This document shows, in pieces, positions 21,167 through 31,338 of a stretch of 64,000 nucleotides of DNA. The notes below the pieces were generated by a model that was given only the letters and a program-made list of their open reading frames with translations, was not told the DNA's origin and made no database searches. The translations under genes and the position numbers were made by a program. This DNA comes from Sphingomonadales bacterium (GTDB taxonomy: Bacteria; Pseudomonadota; Alphaproteobacteria; Sphingomonadales; Sphingomonadaceae), in assembly GCA_014763545.1 (NCBI GenBank), contig JACXVD010000007.1, forward strand, positions 815 to 64,814, given 5' to 3'. How positions within the stretch are numbered: position 1 is the stretch's first letter; each line of letters opens with the position of its first letter.

Positions 21167-22011
21167 CCGGCGAGCAAGGTCGGCTCGCCGCCTATTGCGC
21201 GCGGATCGGCTGGCAGCCGGGCGCGGCCTTCGGGCCCGGCGAGCTTGCTGCGCTGCAGCTGGCGCATCGCATGGCGATCCCGTTCGAGAACCTGTCGATC
21301 CCGCTTGGTGACGGGATCAGGATCGACAGCGACAGCGTGTTCGCCAAGCTCGTCGGCGCCGGGCGCGGTGGGTATTGTTTCGAACAGAACCGGTTGTTTG
21401 CCGACATGCTGGGCGCGCTCGGCTGGCCGGTGCGTCCGCTGCTCGCGCGTGTGCGGCTTGGCCCGCCCGGTATGCCGGTGCCGCCGCGTACCCATGTCTT
21501 GCTGCTGGGCGCGTTCGGCGGGGAGACATGGATTGCCGACGCAGGTTTCGGCGGGTCTTACGTCCCGCCGTTGCCGCTGCGCGAGGGCGACCCGGTTGCT
21601 ACCGCCGACGGGGCGCGCCATCGCCTGCGCCGCGCGGATGGCGGCCTCGACGGCGAATGGCTGCTCGAACGCGCCGGTCCGGCGGCGGCGACCGACGGGC
21701 GCGGGGACGATCACGGCGACTGGCAGGCGCAATATAGCTTCGACCTCGCGCCGGTCGCGCCCGAGGATCTCGAACAGGCGAACCACTGGACGGCGACCCG
21801 CCCGGGCACCCGGTTCACCACGCTGCGCATTGCCAGTATCGTGCGCGATGCCGGTTTCGCCGCTTTGACCGACGGCCAGCTGACGCTGCACGAGAACGGC
21901 GTCACCCGGACCCAGGCGATCGACGATGCCGCTGGCTGGCAGCGCGTGCTGGCGGAGATTTTCGGGATCGAGCTGGACCTGCGGCGTATCGCCGACCTGG
22001 GCCTGTTCTAG
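21163..22011 (+). CDS. Arylamine N-acetyltransferase family protein
   Basis: IPFENL and [10 protein letters not shown] (catalytic Cys) motifs. Proposed TTG start overlaps the upstream stop; the start is uncertain. Confidence 0.7.
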   Translation: MTGEQGRLAAYCARIGWQPGAAFGPGELAALQLAHRMAIPFENLSIPLGDGIRIDSDSVFAKLVGAGRGGYCFEQNRLFADMLGALGWPVRPLLARVRLGPPGMPVPPRTHVLLLGAFGGETWIADAGFGGSYVPPLPLREGDPVATADGARHRLRRADGGLDGEWLLERAGPAAATDGRGDDHGDWQAQYSFDLAPVAPEDLEQANHWTATRPGTRFTTLRIASIVRDAGFAALTDGQLTLHENGVTRTQAIDDAAGWQRVLAEIFGIELDLRRIADLGLF

Positions 22012-22014
22012 CGT

Positions 22015-23292
22015 TCAGCCGAGCAACACGGTCGCGGCCCATGTCAGGCAGACGGCCAGTGCGGTTGCCACCAGCGGCAACGCGCCCAACCGGCCCAGAC
22101 GCCAGCCCGCGATGCTGACCGCCACCCCCGCCTTGAACAGCGTGTTGAGCACCGAAGGGATCGCGATGACCAGCCCGCCGAGAGCAGGGTCCAGCGCACC
22201 GCGCGGGAGGCCACCCATGGTGATGATCGCCGAATCGACATCGACCGTGCCGGAAATTGCGAGCACCAGCGCGACCCCCTGATCGCCCCATGTGGCCAAT
22301 GCCCAGCGGGCCAGCAGCGTCAGCCCCATCACCATCGCGGTCAGCAGCAGCGCCCATTTCAGGTCGAACGGATTGCGCAGCACCAGCTCGCGCGGCTCGG
22401 CCGGCCGTTCGCGCCGCGCTGCGCGCAGGAACCACGCCGCGCAGGCGGCGCTGACCAACGCGGCCGGGGTGACGAGGGTGACGAAGGACAGCAGCGCAAA
22501 GGGGGCGAGCACCGCGATCAGGATGATTTCGCGCAGGAACATGACGACCGAGGCGAGGCAGATCGCCCCGGCCAGGTTGTCCGGTTCATCCTCGCCATCG
22601 CGCATCAGCGTCGCCATGCTGGCGGTGACTGCGGTGGAGGACACCATCGCTCCGGTGGCGGCAGTGGCAAGATTGGCGCGCGCCGCCCCCAGCCACTTGG
22701 CCGCGAAATAGCCGGTAAAGGAAAAGCCCGAAACCATCACCACCACCAGCCACAGCTGGCGCGGATTCCAGGCATCGTAGGGGCCGTATCCCGCATCGGG
22801 CAGCAGCGGCAGCACGACCATGGCGATCAATGCGAACCGCGCGATGGAATGCAGTTCCTGTTCGGATAGATGCGCCACCCAGCGGTGCAGTTGCGCGCGC
22901 ATTGTCAGGATCACCACCATCACCACGGCGATGATCGTCGCCAGCATGCGCTCGCCGCTGCCGGCCAGGAAGCCGCTGGCAAGCGTCATCAGCGCAACCA
23001 TGCCCGAGGTGCCGCTCAACGCGTCCGAGATGCGGCTGGTGCGGGCATAGCCGACCACAACCAGCAGCGCAGCGGCACCAAGCAGTACCACCGCCGGGCC
23101 TTGCGCATGGCGATAGAGTGCGCCCGCCAGCCCGCCGGCCAGTCCCATCAGCGCGAAGGTGCGGATCCCGGCAAAGCGGGTGCCGTCGGCCCGCCTGCGC
23201 AGGCTCCAGCCCCGCTCGATCCCCACCAGCGTGCCGAGCGCCAGGCCGAGCGCGATGCCCGTCGCATGGTTGAGATCGAGCCCTGCCAGCAT
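22015..23292 (-). CDS. MgtC/SapB-family membrane protein fused to a DUF4010-like domain
   Basis: N-terminal GIERGW MgtC-like motif and about 10 TM helices. Start chosen at MLAGLDL. Confidence 0.75.
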   Translation of the reverse strand: MLAGLDLNHATGIALGLALGTLVGIERGWSLRRRADGTRFAGIRTFALMGLAGGLAGALYRHAQGPAVVLLGAAALLVVVGYARTSRISDALSGTSGMVALMTLASGFLAGSGERMLATIIAVVMVVILTMRAQLHRWVAHLSEQELHSIARFALIAMVVLPLLPDAGYGPYDAWNPRQLWLVVVMVSGFSFTGYFAAKWLGAARANLATAATGAMVSSTAVTASMATLMRDGEDEPDNLAGAICLASVVMFLREIILIAVLAPFALLSFVTLVTPAALVSAACAAWFLRAARRERPAEPRELVLRNPFDLKWALLLTAMVMGLTLLARWALATWGDQGVALVLAISGTVDVDSAIITMGGLPRGALDPALGGLVIAIPSVLNTLFKAGVAVSIAGWRLGRLGALPLVATALAVCLTWAATVLLG

Positions 23293-23300
23293 CGCCAGGT

Positions 23301-24110
23301 TCAGCCCGTGCGATCGTCGAGCATGCGGCCGGCAAGTTCCTTGGCCAGCTTGGCGGCGACCATCGCGGTCATCCCGTTGATGTCGCGGGCAGGATTGTAT
23401 TCGACCACGTCGCCGCCGATCACGCGGCCTGGGACACGCTGGATCAGCTCGATAATCTGCCGTGTCGCCAGGCCACCCGGCTCGTGGTGCGACACCCCGG
23501 GGGCGAAGCCCGGATCGAGCGCGTCGAGATCGATCGAGACATAGACCGGCCCGTCGAACGCGATCGTCGGCAACCCCGAAAGGTCGGTCATGCAATGTTG
23601 CTCGACCCCGTAGCGCATCGCCTGTTCGCGCAGATGCGCGGTGGCGGTGCGGATGCCGACCTGCACCAGCCGCGCGAGCTGTCCACTTTCCAGCACGCGC
23701 GCGAAAGGGCTGGCGTGGCTGAAGGGATTGCCTTCGAAATCGGCGTAGATGTCCGGGTGGGCGTCGAAATGGAGCACCGACAGGCCGGGATGGCGTGCCG
23801 CATGGGCGAGGATCGCGGGATGCGAGATCGAATGGTCGCCGCCCAGGATCACCAGCCCGCACCCGCTATCGAGCGCGGCCGATACGCCCGTGCGAATGGC
23901 ATCGAAGGCAGCCTCCCCCGCCAAATCCTGCACCGCCAGATCGCCCGCGTCGCGCAGCAGCGCGGGATCGCCGAGGTCATGGCCCGTCTCGCTCGCGAGA
24001 TTGGCGGAGTGGCTGTGCAGCGCTTCGCGGATCGCGACGGGCGCCTGCGCCGCCCCGCGCAGGAAGCTCGAATTACAGTCGTGCGGGATGCCGAGCAGCG
24101 CGATGGTCAT
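23301..24110 (-). CDS. speB: Agmatinase / arginase-family ureohydrolase
   Basis: Mn-binding motifs GGDHSIS, HFDAHPD, SIDLDALDP and an E residue in GGDVVE. Confidence 0.8.
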   Translation of the reverse strand: MTIALLGIPHDCNSSFLRGAAQAPVAIREALHSHSANLASETGHDLGDPALLRDAGDLAVQDLAGEAAFDAIRTGVSAALDSGCGLVILGGDHSISHPAILAHAARHPGLSVLHFDAHPDIYADFEGNPFSHASPFARVLESGQLARLVQVGIRTATAHLREQAMRYGVEQHCMTDLSGLPTIAFDGPVYVSIDLDALDPGFAPGVSHHEPGGLATRQIIELIQRVPGRVIGGDVVEYNPARDINGMTAMVAAKLAKELAGRMLDDRTG

Positions 24111-24167
24111 GCGCGCATCGCTGGCACGGCAAATCAACGGGTGCAAGCGCGGCGATCCTGCCTACAT

Positions 24168-26672
24168 ATGTTCGCAATGCCTGCTGCCGAGCCGATGCCG
24201 CATCATGACCTGCCGCGCGAAATCGACGCATGGTTTGCCGCGCGTGGCTGGCGGGTGCGGTGGCACCAGCGCGAGATGTACGATGTCGCGCAGGATGGGC
24301 GGCATGCGCTGCTGGTCGCCGATACCGGCGCGGGCAAGACGCTGGCGGGTTTCCTGCCGACGCTGGCTGATTTCTGCCCATCGCAGGGCACGCTGCCGGA
24401 AGACGGATTGCACACGCTTTATGTGTCGCCGCTCAAGGCCCTGGCGCATGATGTGCAGCGCAACCTGCTCACCCCGATCGAGGAAATGGGCCTGCCGATC
24501 CGGGTCGAAACGCGCAGCGGCGATACCCCGTCCGACCGCAAGAAGCGCCAGCGCAGCCGCCCGCCGCATGTGTTGCTGACCACGCCGGAAAGCCTCTCGC
24601 TGCTGCTTTCGTATCCTGACAGTTTCGAGCTGTTCCGGACGCTCAAGCGCGTGGTGGTGGACGAGGTGCATGCCTTTGCCACCGGCAAGCGCGGGGATTT
24701 GCTGGCGCTGGCACTCAGTCGGTTGCAGGCGATCGCGCCGCAGATGCAGCGTGTGGCGCTGTCGGCGACGCTGGCCGATCCGGAGGCGTTTCGTGCCTGG
24801 CTGGCGCCGTGGGGCGATATCGACAGTGTCGCGTTGGTCGAGGGTGAGCCCGGCGCCCCTGCCGAGGTCGAGATCCTGCTGCCGCAGGAGGAACGGGTGC
24901 CGTGGGGCGGCCATGCCGGGCGCTGGGCGATCCCGCAACTGATGGAACAGATCCGCGCCAACCGCACCACGCTGATCTTCACCAACACGCGCTTCCTCGC
25001 CGAGTTCATCTTCCAGCTGTTGTGGGACGTGAACGAGGAAAACCTTCCCATCGGCATCCACCATGGCTCGCTGAGCAAGGAGGCGCGGCGCAAGGTGGAA
25101 GGGGCAATGGCGCGCGGCGAATTGCGCGCACTGGTCTGCACCGCCAGCCTCGATTTGGGGGTCGATTGGGGCGATATCGACTGTGTGGTGCAAATGGGGG
25201 CACCCAAGGGTTCGAGCCGATTGCTGCAACGCATCGGGCGGGCCAATCACCGGCTCGATATGCCCAGCCGGGCGATCCTCGTACCGGGCAACCGCTTCGA
25301 ATTCCTCGAGGCAAGCGCAGCGAAGGACGCGGTCGACCAGGGCCAGCGCGATGGGGAGGATTTCCGGCCCGGCGGGCTCGATGTGCTGGCCCAGCATGTC
25401 ATGGCTTGCGCCTGCGCGGCGCCGTTCGACGAGGTCGGGCTGTTGGCGGAGGTGCGTTCTTCGCTGTCCTATGCCTGGCTGGAGGACAGCGACTGGCGGC
25501 GGGTGCTCGATTTCGTCGCGACCGGCGGCTACGCCTTGCGCGCCTATGAGAAATTCCAGCGGATCGTGCGCGAGGGGGACGGGACCTGGCGACTGACCCA
25601 CCCCGAACATGCCCAACGCCACCGGATGAATGCCGGGATCATCGTCGATTCGGAGATGCTGACCGTGCGCTTCCGCAATGGGCGGCAGCTCGGCAAGGTG
25701 GAGGAGCGGTTCGCCGCCAGCCTTTCGCCAGGCGACACGTTCTTCTTCGCGGGGATGAGCCTCGAGGTCGAACAGCTCAAGGATATGGAGGTGGTGGTGC
25801 GCGCGGCGAAGAAGTCGGCGACCATCCCGTCATACGGCGGGCAACGGCTGCCGCTGACCACCCATCTGGCCGATCGGGTGCGGGCGATGCTGGTCGACCG
25901 GGCGGGGTGGAGCCGCTTCCCCGACGATGTGCGCGAATGGCTGGAAGTACAGGATTGGCGCTCGCAAATGCCTGGCCCGGGGCAGCTGCTGGTGGAGAGC
26001 TTCCCGCACGAGCGCAAGCATTACACGGTGTTCTACACCTTCGAGGGGTGGAACGCGAACCAGTCGCTCGGCATGTTGATCACCCGGCGCATGGAGGAGC
26101 GCGGCCTCGCACCGGGTGGATTTGTCGCCAACGACTATTCGCTGGCGGTGTGGAGCCTCAAGCCGGTGCGCGATCCGGCTCCGCTGCTGTCGCCTGACAT
26201 TCTGGCGCATGAATTCGTCGACTGGGTGCAGCAGTCGCATCTGCTGCGCCGCGCCTTTCGCGAGGTCGCAGTGATCTCGGGGCTGGTCGAACGGCAGCAT
26301 CCGGGCAAGCGCAAGACCGGCAAGCAGGTGACCTTTTCGACCGACCTGATTTACGATGTGTTGCGCAAATACGAGCCGGACCATGTCCTGCTGGAAGCGG
26401 CCTGGGCCGATGCACGCGCGCGGATGACCGATGTCGGGCGGCTCGGCGATCTGCTCGACCGGGCCGGCGAGCAGCTGGTGCATGTCGAACTCGACCGGGT
26501 CAGCCCGCTGGCCGTTCCGGTGATGACCATGATCGGGCGCGAGGCGGTGCCGCAGGGCGCGGTGGACGATGAACTGCTGCTGGAGGCAGAAAGCCTCGCC
26601 GCCGCGGCCATGCGGGTCGATCCTGACGACCGGCCCGACGACTGCGACGGCGAGGAGTGGGTGGACGGGTAG
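24168..26672 (+). CDS. Lhr-like DEXH-box helicase ('ligase-associated DNA damage response' type)
   Basis: Walker A ADTGAGKT, DEVH box, a helicase C domain and a DEAD-associated C-terminal region. The ORF extension upstream of 24168 is antisense to speB. Confidence 0.85.
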   Translation: MFAMPAAEPMPHHDLPREIDAWFAARGWRVRWHQREMYDVAQDGRHALLVADTGAGKTLAGFLPTLADFCPSQGTLPEDGLHTLYVSPLKALAHDVQRNLLTPIEEMGLPIRVETRSGDTPSDRKKRQRSRPPHVLLTTPESLSLLLSYPDSFELFRTLKRVVVDEVHAFATGKRGDLLALALSRLQAIAPQMQRVALSATLADPEAFRAWLAPWGDIDSVALVEGEPGAPAEVEILLPQEERVPWGGHAGRWAIPQLMEQIRANRTTLIFTNTRFLAEFIFQLLWDVNEENLPIGIHHGSLSKEARRKVEGAMARGELRALVCTASLDLGVDWGDIDCVVQMGAPKGSSRLLQRIGRANHRLDMPSRAILVPGNRFEFLEASAAKDAVDQGQRDGEDFRPGGLDVLAQHVMACACAAPFDEVGLLAEVRSSLSYAWLEDSDWRRVLDFVATGGYALRAYEKFQRIVREGDGTWRLTHPEHAQRHRMNAGIIVDSEMLTVRFRNGRQLGKVEERFAASLSPGDTFFFAGMSLEVEQLKDMEVVVRAAKKSATIPSYGGQRLPLTTHLADRVRAMLVDRAGWSRFPDDVREWLEVQDWRSQMPGPGQLLVESFPHERKHYTVFYTFEGWNANQSLGMLITRRMEERGLAPGGFVANDYSLAVWSLKPVRDPAPLLSPDILAHEFVDWVQQSHLLRRAFREVAVISGLVERQHPGKRKTGKQVTFSTDLIYDVLRKYEPDHVLLEAAWADARARMTDVGRLGDLLDRAGEQLVHVELDRVSPLAVPVMTMIGREAVPQGAVDDELLLEAESLAAAAMRVDPDDRPDDCDGEEWVDG

Positions 26673-26717
26673 GCGACGGTTCGCGTGGCGAAACGTCGCT
26701 GCCCCGCATGATCGGCA

Positions 26718-27146
26718 TCAGCCGCCGAACTGGCGATAGCGTTCGTTGCCCACGAAGCCGAAATTCGTCACCCCCGATGCCTTGATGATCTGCAGGACGC
26801 GAGCCGAGCGGTTGTAGCTGGCCGCTGCATCGGGTTCGAAATGGAGTTCGGGCTCTACCGGCATTGCGGTGGTGGCACGCAGCAGGGCGAGCAATTGGCC
26901 GCCGTCGATGGCGTGGCCGTTCCAGAATAGCCTGTCCTGCCCGTCGATGGTGATGCGGTTCGAGATCGTCATGGGCGCCGGGAGGTCGCAGGCGTTGCAA
27001 GGTCCGGGCAAATCGACATCGAGCGAGTTGGTTGCTGCGGGAATGGTGATCACGAACATCACCAGCAGTACCAGCATGACGTCGATCAGCGGGGTGGTGT
27101 TGATTTCGCCGATCGAATCTCGGTCGGCCATTGCAGCAAATGCCAT
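26718..27146 (-). CDS. exbD: ExbD/TolR-family biopolymer transport protein (copy 3, separate unit)
   Basis: NTTPLIDVMLVLLVMF TM motif. Paralogous to the 27433..27867 product. Confidence 0.85.
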   Translation of the reverse strand: MAFAAMADRDSIGEINTTPLIDVMLVLLVMFVITIPAATNSLDVDLPGPCNACDLPAPMTISNRITIDGQDRLFWNGHAIDGGQLLALLRATTAMPVEPELHFEPDAAASYNRSARVLQIIKASGVTNFGFVGNERYRQFGG

Positions 27147-27371
27147 GCGCTCTCTCCCCGGTGCTCCTAGACTGCAAAGATATGCTATAACATTAATTGG
27201 GGCAAGTGGGGGTGATGGGGATGGTTGAGGGCTAGCTGTAGTTGCCCCTGTGCAAGGCTGCGTGCCCCATGCTCATCGTGCCCCGCTGCTCGTCCCCGCT
27301 GCCGGGTTGGCGGGCGGTGAGGGGGCGATCGCCGCTCACGACCGACGTCCTCGGAGGCCTTGCGCGGGCAC

Positions 27372-27399
27372 AAAAAAGGGGGCGGATCGCTCCGCCCCC
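27372..27399 (-). terminator. Rho-independent terminator downstream of exbD copy 2
   Basis: Minus strand reads gggggcgga-gcga-tccgccccc followed by tttttt. Confidence 0.6.
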
Positions 27400-27432
27400 T
27401 TCGGGTGCCGTGTCGGCCGTGGCGCGCGGCGC

Positions 27433-27867
27433 CTACTTGCCGAAGCTGCGGTACTTTTCATTGCCGACGAAACCGAACTTGGTCACGCCCGAGGCCTTGA
27501 TGATCTGCAGCACGCGAGCCGAGAGGTCGTAGCTCGCGAGCGCATCAGGCTCGAACTGCAGTTCGGGTTCCGGGGCAATTGCCTTGGTCGCTTCGAGGTT
27601 GCGAACCAGCTCGCCCGAATCGATGGCATCGCCGTTCCACAGAATCTGGCCTTCGGGAGACAGAACGATCTTGTTCTTGATCGGATCGATCTGGTCTATC
27701 GGCGGCGGATTCGGGTTCGGCTGCGGAAGATCGATGTCGACCGAATGGGTCGCCACCGGGATCGTGATGATGAACATGATGAGGAGCACGAGCATGACGT
27801 CGATCAACGGCGTCGTGTTCATTTCCATCATCGGCGAGCCATCATCCTTGCCGCCTGACATTGCCAT
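27433..27867 (-). CDS. exbD: ExbD/TolR-family protein (copy 2)
   Basis: [16 protein letters not shown] motif. Confidence 0.85.
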   Translation of the reverse strand: MAMSGGKDDGSPMMEMNTTPLIDVMLVLLIMFIITIPVATHSVDIDLPQPNPNPPPIDQIDPIKNKIVLSPEGQILWNGDAIDSGELVRNLEATKAIAPEPELQFEPDALASYDLSARVLQIIKASGVTKFGFVGNEKYRSFGK

Positions 27868-27903
27868 GGTGCGTTACTCCTGAATTATCTCTGCCAACCC
27901 GGC

Positions 27904-28437
27904 TTACGCGTCGGGATCGACCGGGTTGGAGATGAAGCCGACGGTCGGGTAGCCGGCCGCCTGCACATTGTAGATCGCACCGGCCACGCAGCGCCACGGC
28001 GCGTTGACGTCGCCGCGGATGTGGACCTGCGGGATCTTGTCCGGGTCGTTCATGATCGCTTCGGCCCCACCTTCGCGCTTCACGATCGTATCGAGCCGCT
28101 TGAAGGCCTGGTCGTAGAGCTCCTGCGAGGTCACCGGCGTCAGATTGTTGAAATAGACGCGGCATTCGCCCCCGCGCGATGCGCCGGTGAAACCGGGCTC
28201 GCCGGCGCTGCGGCCATTCTCGTCGGTGGTGCTGACGGTCAGCAGCAGGTTTTCCACCTTGTCCTTCGATTCCTGCGATTTGATCACGGGAATCTTCAGC
28301 TTTTCGATCGTCTGGATCGCGACCGGGACTGCGATGAGGAAGATGATCAGGAGCACCAGCATCACGTCCACGAGGGGCGTGGTGTTGATGTCCGACATCG
28401 GCGTCTCATTGCCGCCTCCGCCTGTCGAAATCGCCAT
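27904..28437 (-). CDS. exbD: ExbD/TolR-family protein (copy 1, longer periplasmic domain)
   Basis: [17 protein letters not shown] motif; directly downstream of exbB. Confidence 0.8.
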   Translation of the reverse strand: MAISTGGGGNETPMSDINTTPLVDVMLVLLIIFLIAVPVAIQTIEKLKIPVIKSQESKDKVENLLLTVSTTDENGRSAGEPGFTGASRGGECRVYFNNLTPVTSQELYDQAFKRLDTIVKREGGAEAIMNDPDKIPQVHIRGDVNAPWRCVAGAIYNVQAAGYPTVGFISNPVDPDA

Positions 28438-28523
28438 GGCTGTTTCCTATCTGTGTTCTGAAGACTTGCGTTCGGCAGGTGCCCGGGACGGCGCGCGGCC
28501 GCCCCGGGTCGATTGCTACCGAA

Positions 28524-29285
28524 TCAGGCCTTCGCAGCCGGCTTGGCGGGGGCAGCCGGAGCCGCCTTCGCCGGGGCGGCAGCCACAGCCGGCTTCACCG
28601 CGCCCTTGGAGTTGATGTTCGCCAGGATGTCGGTCGAGAAACCGCTCAGCAGCTCCGAGATGCGCTTGTTGCGCGCCTGCAGCCAGTTGTAGGCGAGCAC
28701 CGCGGGAACCGCGACGAGCAGACCGATGGCGGTCATGATCAGCGCTTCACCGACCGGACCGGCGACCTTGTCGATCGAGGCCGAACCGGCGAGGCCGATG
28801 TTGATCAGCGCGCGATAGATGCCGATAACGGTACCGAGCAGGCCGACGAAGGGAGCGGTCGCGCCCACGGTGGCGAGGAACGGCAGGCCGCCATTGAGCT
28901 TCGCGTTGATCGAGGCTTCCGAACGGGCCAGCGAACCGTGCAGCCAGTCGTGCGCTTCCATCGAATCGGTCATCTGGCCGTGGGTCGATTCGGCCGAAAG
29001 GCCATCGTCGACCAGCTGGCGCCAGGCGCTGTTCTTTTCGAGCTTGGCAGCGCCCTCCTTGAGGGTCGGCGCACGCCAGAAAGTGGTGCGGACACCCTTG
29101 TACTGGCGCATGATCTTGTTCTGCTCGAGCAGCTTGGTGATCAGGATGTAGAACGAGCCGACCGACATGATGACGAGCACGGTGAAGATCGAGTAGGCGA
29201 TGACGCCGCCCTGGTTCAGAGCTTCCCAGAAGCCGAATTTGTTCTGGGGCGCTTCGGCACCGGCAGCAAGAAGTTCGATAAACAT
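28524..29285 (-). CDS. exbB: MotA/TolQ/ExbB proton-channel protein
   Basis: Three TM helices and the conserved LATVGATAPFVGLLGTVIGI region. Confidence 0.9.
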   Translation of the reverse strand: MFIELLAAGAEAPQNKFGFWEALNQGGVIAYSIFTVLVIMSVGSFYILITKLLEQNKIMRQYKGVRTTFWRAPTLKEGAAKLEKNSAWRQLVDDGLSAESTHGQMTDSMEAHDWLHGSLARSEASINAKLNGGLPFLATVGATAPFVGLLGTVIGIYRALINIGLAGSASIDKVAGPVGEALIMTAIGLLVAVPAVLAYNWLQARNKRISELLSGFSTDILANINSKGAVKPAVAAAPAKAAPAAPAKPAAKA

Positions 29286-29369
29286 TGCGAAAGTCCTCTC
29301 AGAAAGAAGCAGGTTGAAACTTGTGGTCAGGCCCCCGCCCGGCGTGGGACCGGGCGGGGAGAATTGGGA

Positions 29370-30041
29370 TCACTCGGGGATCTGCCAGCGCACCGAGCTG
29401 GACCAGGTGCCCGTGGTCGGACTGCCATTCCCGTCGGTAGCGGGCTTGAACCGGCCGCGGCGGGTGATGTTCTTGCAGGTCGCGTCGTCGAGGTCGGCAT
29501 GGCCGCTCGAACGGGTGATCTGGCAGCTCGCGACCTTGCCGCTGGCATCCACCGTGACGGTGAAGCCGGCAACGCCTTCACGCTCTTCGCGCAGGGCGCG
29601 CGAAGGATAATCGTTCGGCGTCGCCCAGTTGCCCGGGTTGCCGCGCGGTTCCGGACCCTTGGGCTGGACCTTCGGCGGCGGCGGCGGGGCCGGCGGAGCG
29701 GGAGCAGCTGGCGGCGGAATCTTCAGCACCGGCGGCGCAGGCGGCGGCGGGGTCGTCGTCGTCTGGATCGGCGGCGGTGCAACCGCGATGCTGATCGGCG
29801 GCGGCGGTGCGACCGGCGGCGGCGGGGTTACCGGCTGGTCCGGCGGCGGTGGCGGCGGTTCCTCCTCCTTGGGCGGCTCCGGCTCCTTGATATCCACGGT
29901 CGTCACGCGTTCGAGCACCTTGACGGCCGCCGAATAGGCAAGCCCGGTCACCAGCGCATAGCCGACGAGCAAATGGATCAGCGCAACGATGATGATCGCG
30001 ATAATCTTGTTACCGCTCATCTGTTGGTCAGCGTAGGCCAT
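29370..30041 (-). CDS. tonB: Energy transducer TonB
   Basis: N-terminal TM anchor, a long Pro-rich spacer, and a C-terminal TonB domain (GVAGFTVTVDASGKVASCQI). Confidence 0.85.
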   Translation of the reverse strand: MAYADQQMSGNKIIAIIIVALIHLLVGYALVTGLAYSAAVKVLERVTTVDIKEPEPPKEEEPPPPPPDQPVTPPPPVAPPPPISIAVAPPPIQTTTTPPPPAPPVLKIPPPAAPAPPAPPPPPKVQPKGPEPRGNPGNWATPNDYPSRALREEREGVAGFTVTVDASGKVASCQITRSSGHADLDDATCKNITRRGRFKPATDGNGSPTTGTWSSSVRWQIPE

Positions 30042-30380
30042 TCAGTCGCATCACTCCATCAACACAAACGGGCCGGAACCCGACCCAGAACTTCCGACCG
30101 CGGCATACACGGCCGGATCAAAATCCATGCTGTCCACCCTGCGAGCCCGGCCTGTGGAGGGCGAGCTCTGAGAACCGCCGACCACCCGATGGCCCGACGC
30201 GGCTCTGCCGAGGTATTTTATTGTTCACTCCCCGGTCAGCGGCGATCATTAGCTACGATAAACACCCCAAGCAAACGCTTTATCGGTTAATTTACGATTC
30301 GCCGCGTCTCGCCGCCGACGGGCAGACGCGTTCACAAAGACGGAGAGGGCCACCGAGCCCGGAGCAAACGGAACGGCCCC

Positions 30381-31241
30381 ATGATGTTCACCAGTACTTC
30401 GAAGGACAAATTTTCTCTCGCAATTCTAGGTGCTTGCCTGCTTTGCGCGCCGCTGGCCGCGCAGGCACAGGGAATTGTCCGCGCCGAACCGACCTATGCC
30501 GATCTGGCCGATCTCGCCGATGGGGCGAAAGTCGTATTGCAGGCCGAGATTCGCAAGCAAGTGGTGGTCGAACCTGCCCGCGCGCCGGGCCTGAAACCGG
30601 GATTCGCCCGGCTCTATATCGAGGCACGAACCCTCTCGCTGCTGTCCGGCAAGGAGCCGGTCGGCGAATCGTTGCGTTACCTGGTCGATGTGCCGCTCGA
30701 TGCGAAGGGCAAGGTTCCCAAACTCAAGAAGCAACAGGTCCTGCTGTTCGCGCGCACCGTCCCCGGGCGACCGGGCGAACTGCAGTTGCAGGGCCCCGAT
30801 GCGCAACAACCGTGGAGCGAGGAACTGGCTACCCGTCTGCGCCCGATCCTTGCCGCGATGGCCGACCCGTCTGCGCCCGCCGCAGTCACCGGCGTGCGCG
30901 ATGCGATCTCGGTGGAGGGCAATCTTGCGGGCGAATCCGAAAGCCAGATCTTCCTCTCCACGCGCGAGGGCGAGCCGGTGACGATCTCGGTGATTCGCCG
31001 CCCCGGCCAGCCCCCGGTCTGGGGCGTTTCGTGGACCGACATCGTCGATCAGGCCGCTGCGCCGCCTTCGCCTGGCACGCTCGCCTGGTATCGGCTCGCG
31101 TGCTTCCTGCCCGGAACCATCCCGGCGAGCGCCAATCTCTCGCGCGACGGGGCTTCGCGCAGCCGGGCGGCGGCCGATTACCGCTATGTGGTGGAGCAAT
31201 TGGGGCAATGTCCGCGCAATTTGCATGGCCTGTCGCAGTGA
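30381..31241 (+). CDS. Hypothetical secreted protein
   Basis: Signal peptide (LAILGACLLCAPLAAQAQG) and host-like GC. No family recognised. Confidence 0.6.
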   Translation: MMFTSTSKDKFSLAILGACLLCAPLAAQAQGIVRAEPTYADLADLADGAKVVLQAEIRKQVVVEPARAPGLKPGFARLYIEARTLSLLSGKEPVGESLRYLVDVPLDAKGKVPKLKKQQVLLFARTVPGRPGELQLQGPDAQQPWSEELATRLRPILAAMADPSAPAAVTGVRDAISVEGNLAGESESQIFLSTREGEPVTISVIRRPGQPPVWGVSWTDIVDQAAAPPSPGTLAWYRLACFLPGTIPASANLSRDGASRSRAAADYRYVVEQLGQCPRNLHGLSQ

Positions 31242-31338
31242 TTCCTTGTAATTTTCGGGTAGTCATCGCACCGCTGCTGCCCTAGGTGCGGCGACCTGCC
31301 GGGGGCAATCGGGCCCCTGTCGCCGCTGGGGAATTGAG

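Noticed and set aside
23484-24167. 5' extension of the helicase ORF (1062 aa as tracked), running antisense through the agmatinase gene.
   Set aside because: The extension has no helicase similarity and overlaps a well-supported speB-like gene. The helicase N-terminus aligns from about 24168.
30244-30262. Possible Fur box (gatcattagctacgataaa) in the tonB/hypothetical divergent promoter region.
   Set aside because: It matches only about 9 of 19 positions of the GATAATGATAATCATTATC consensus by hand alignment. That is too weak to call.
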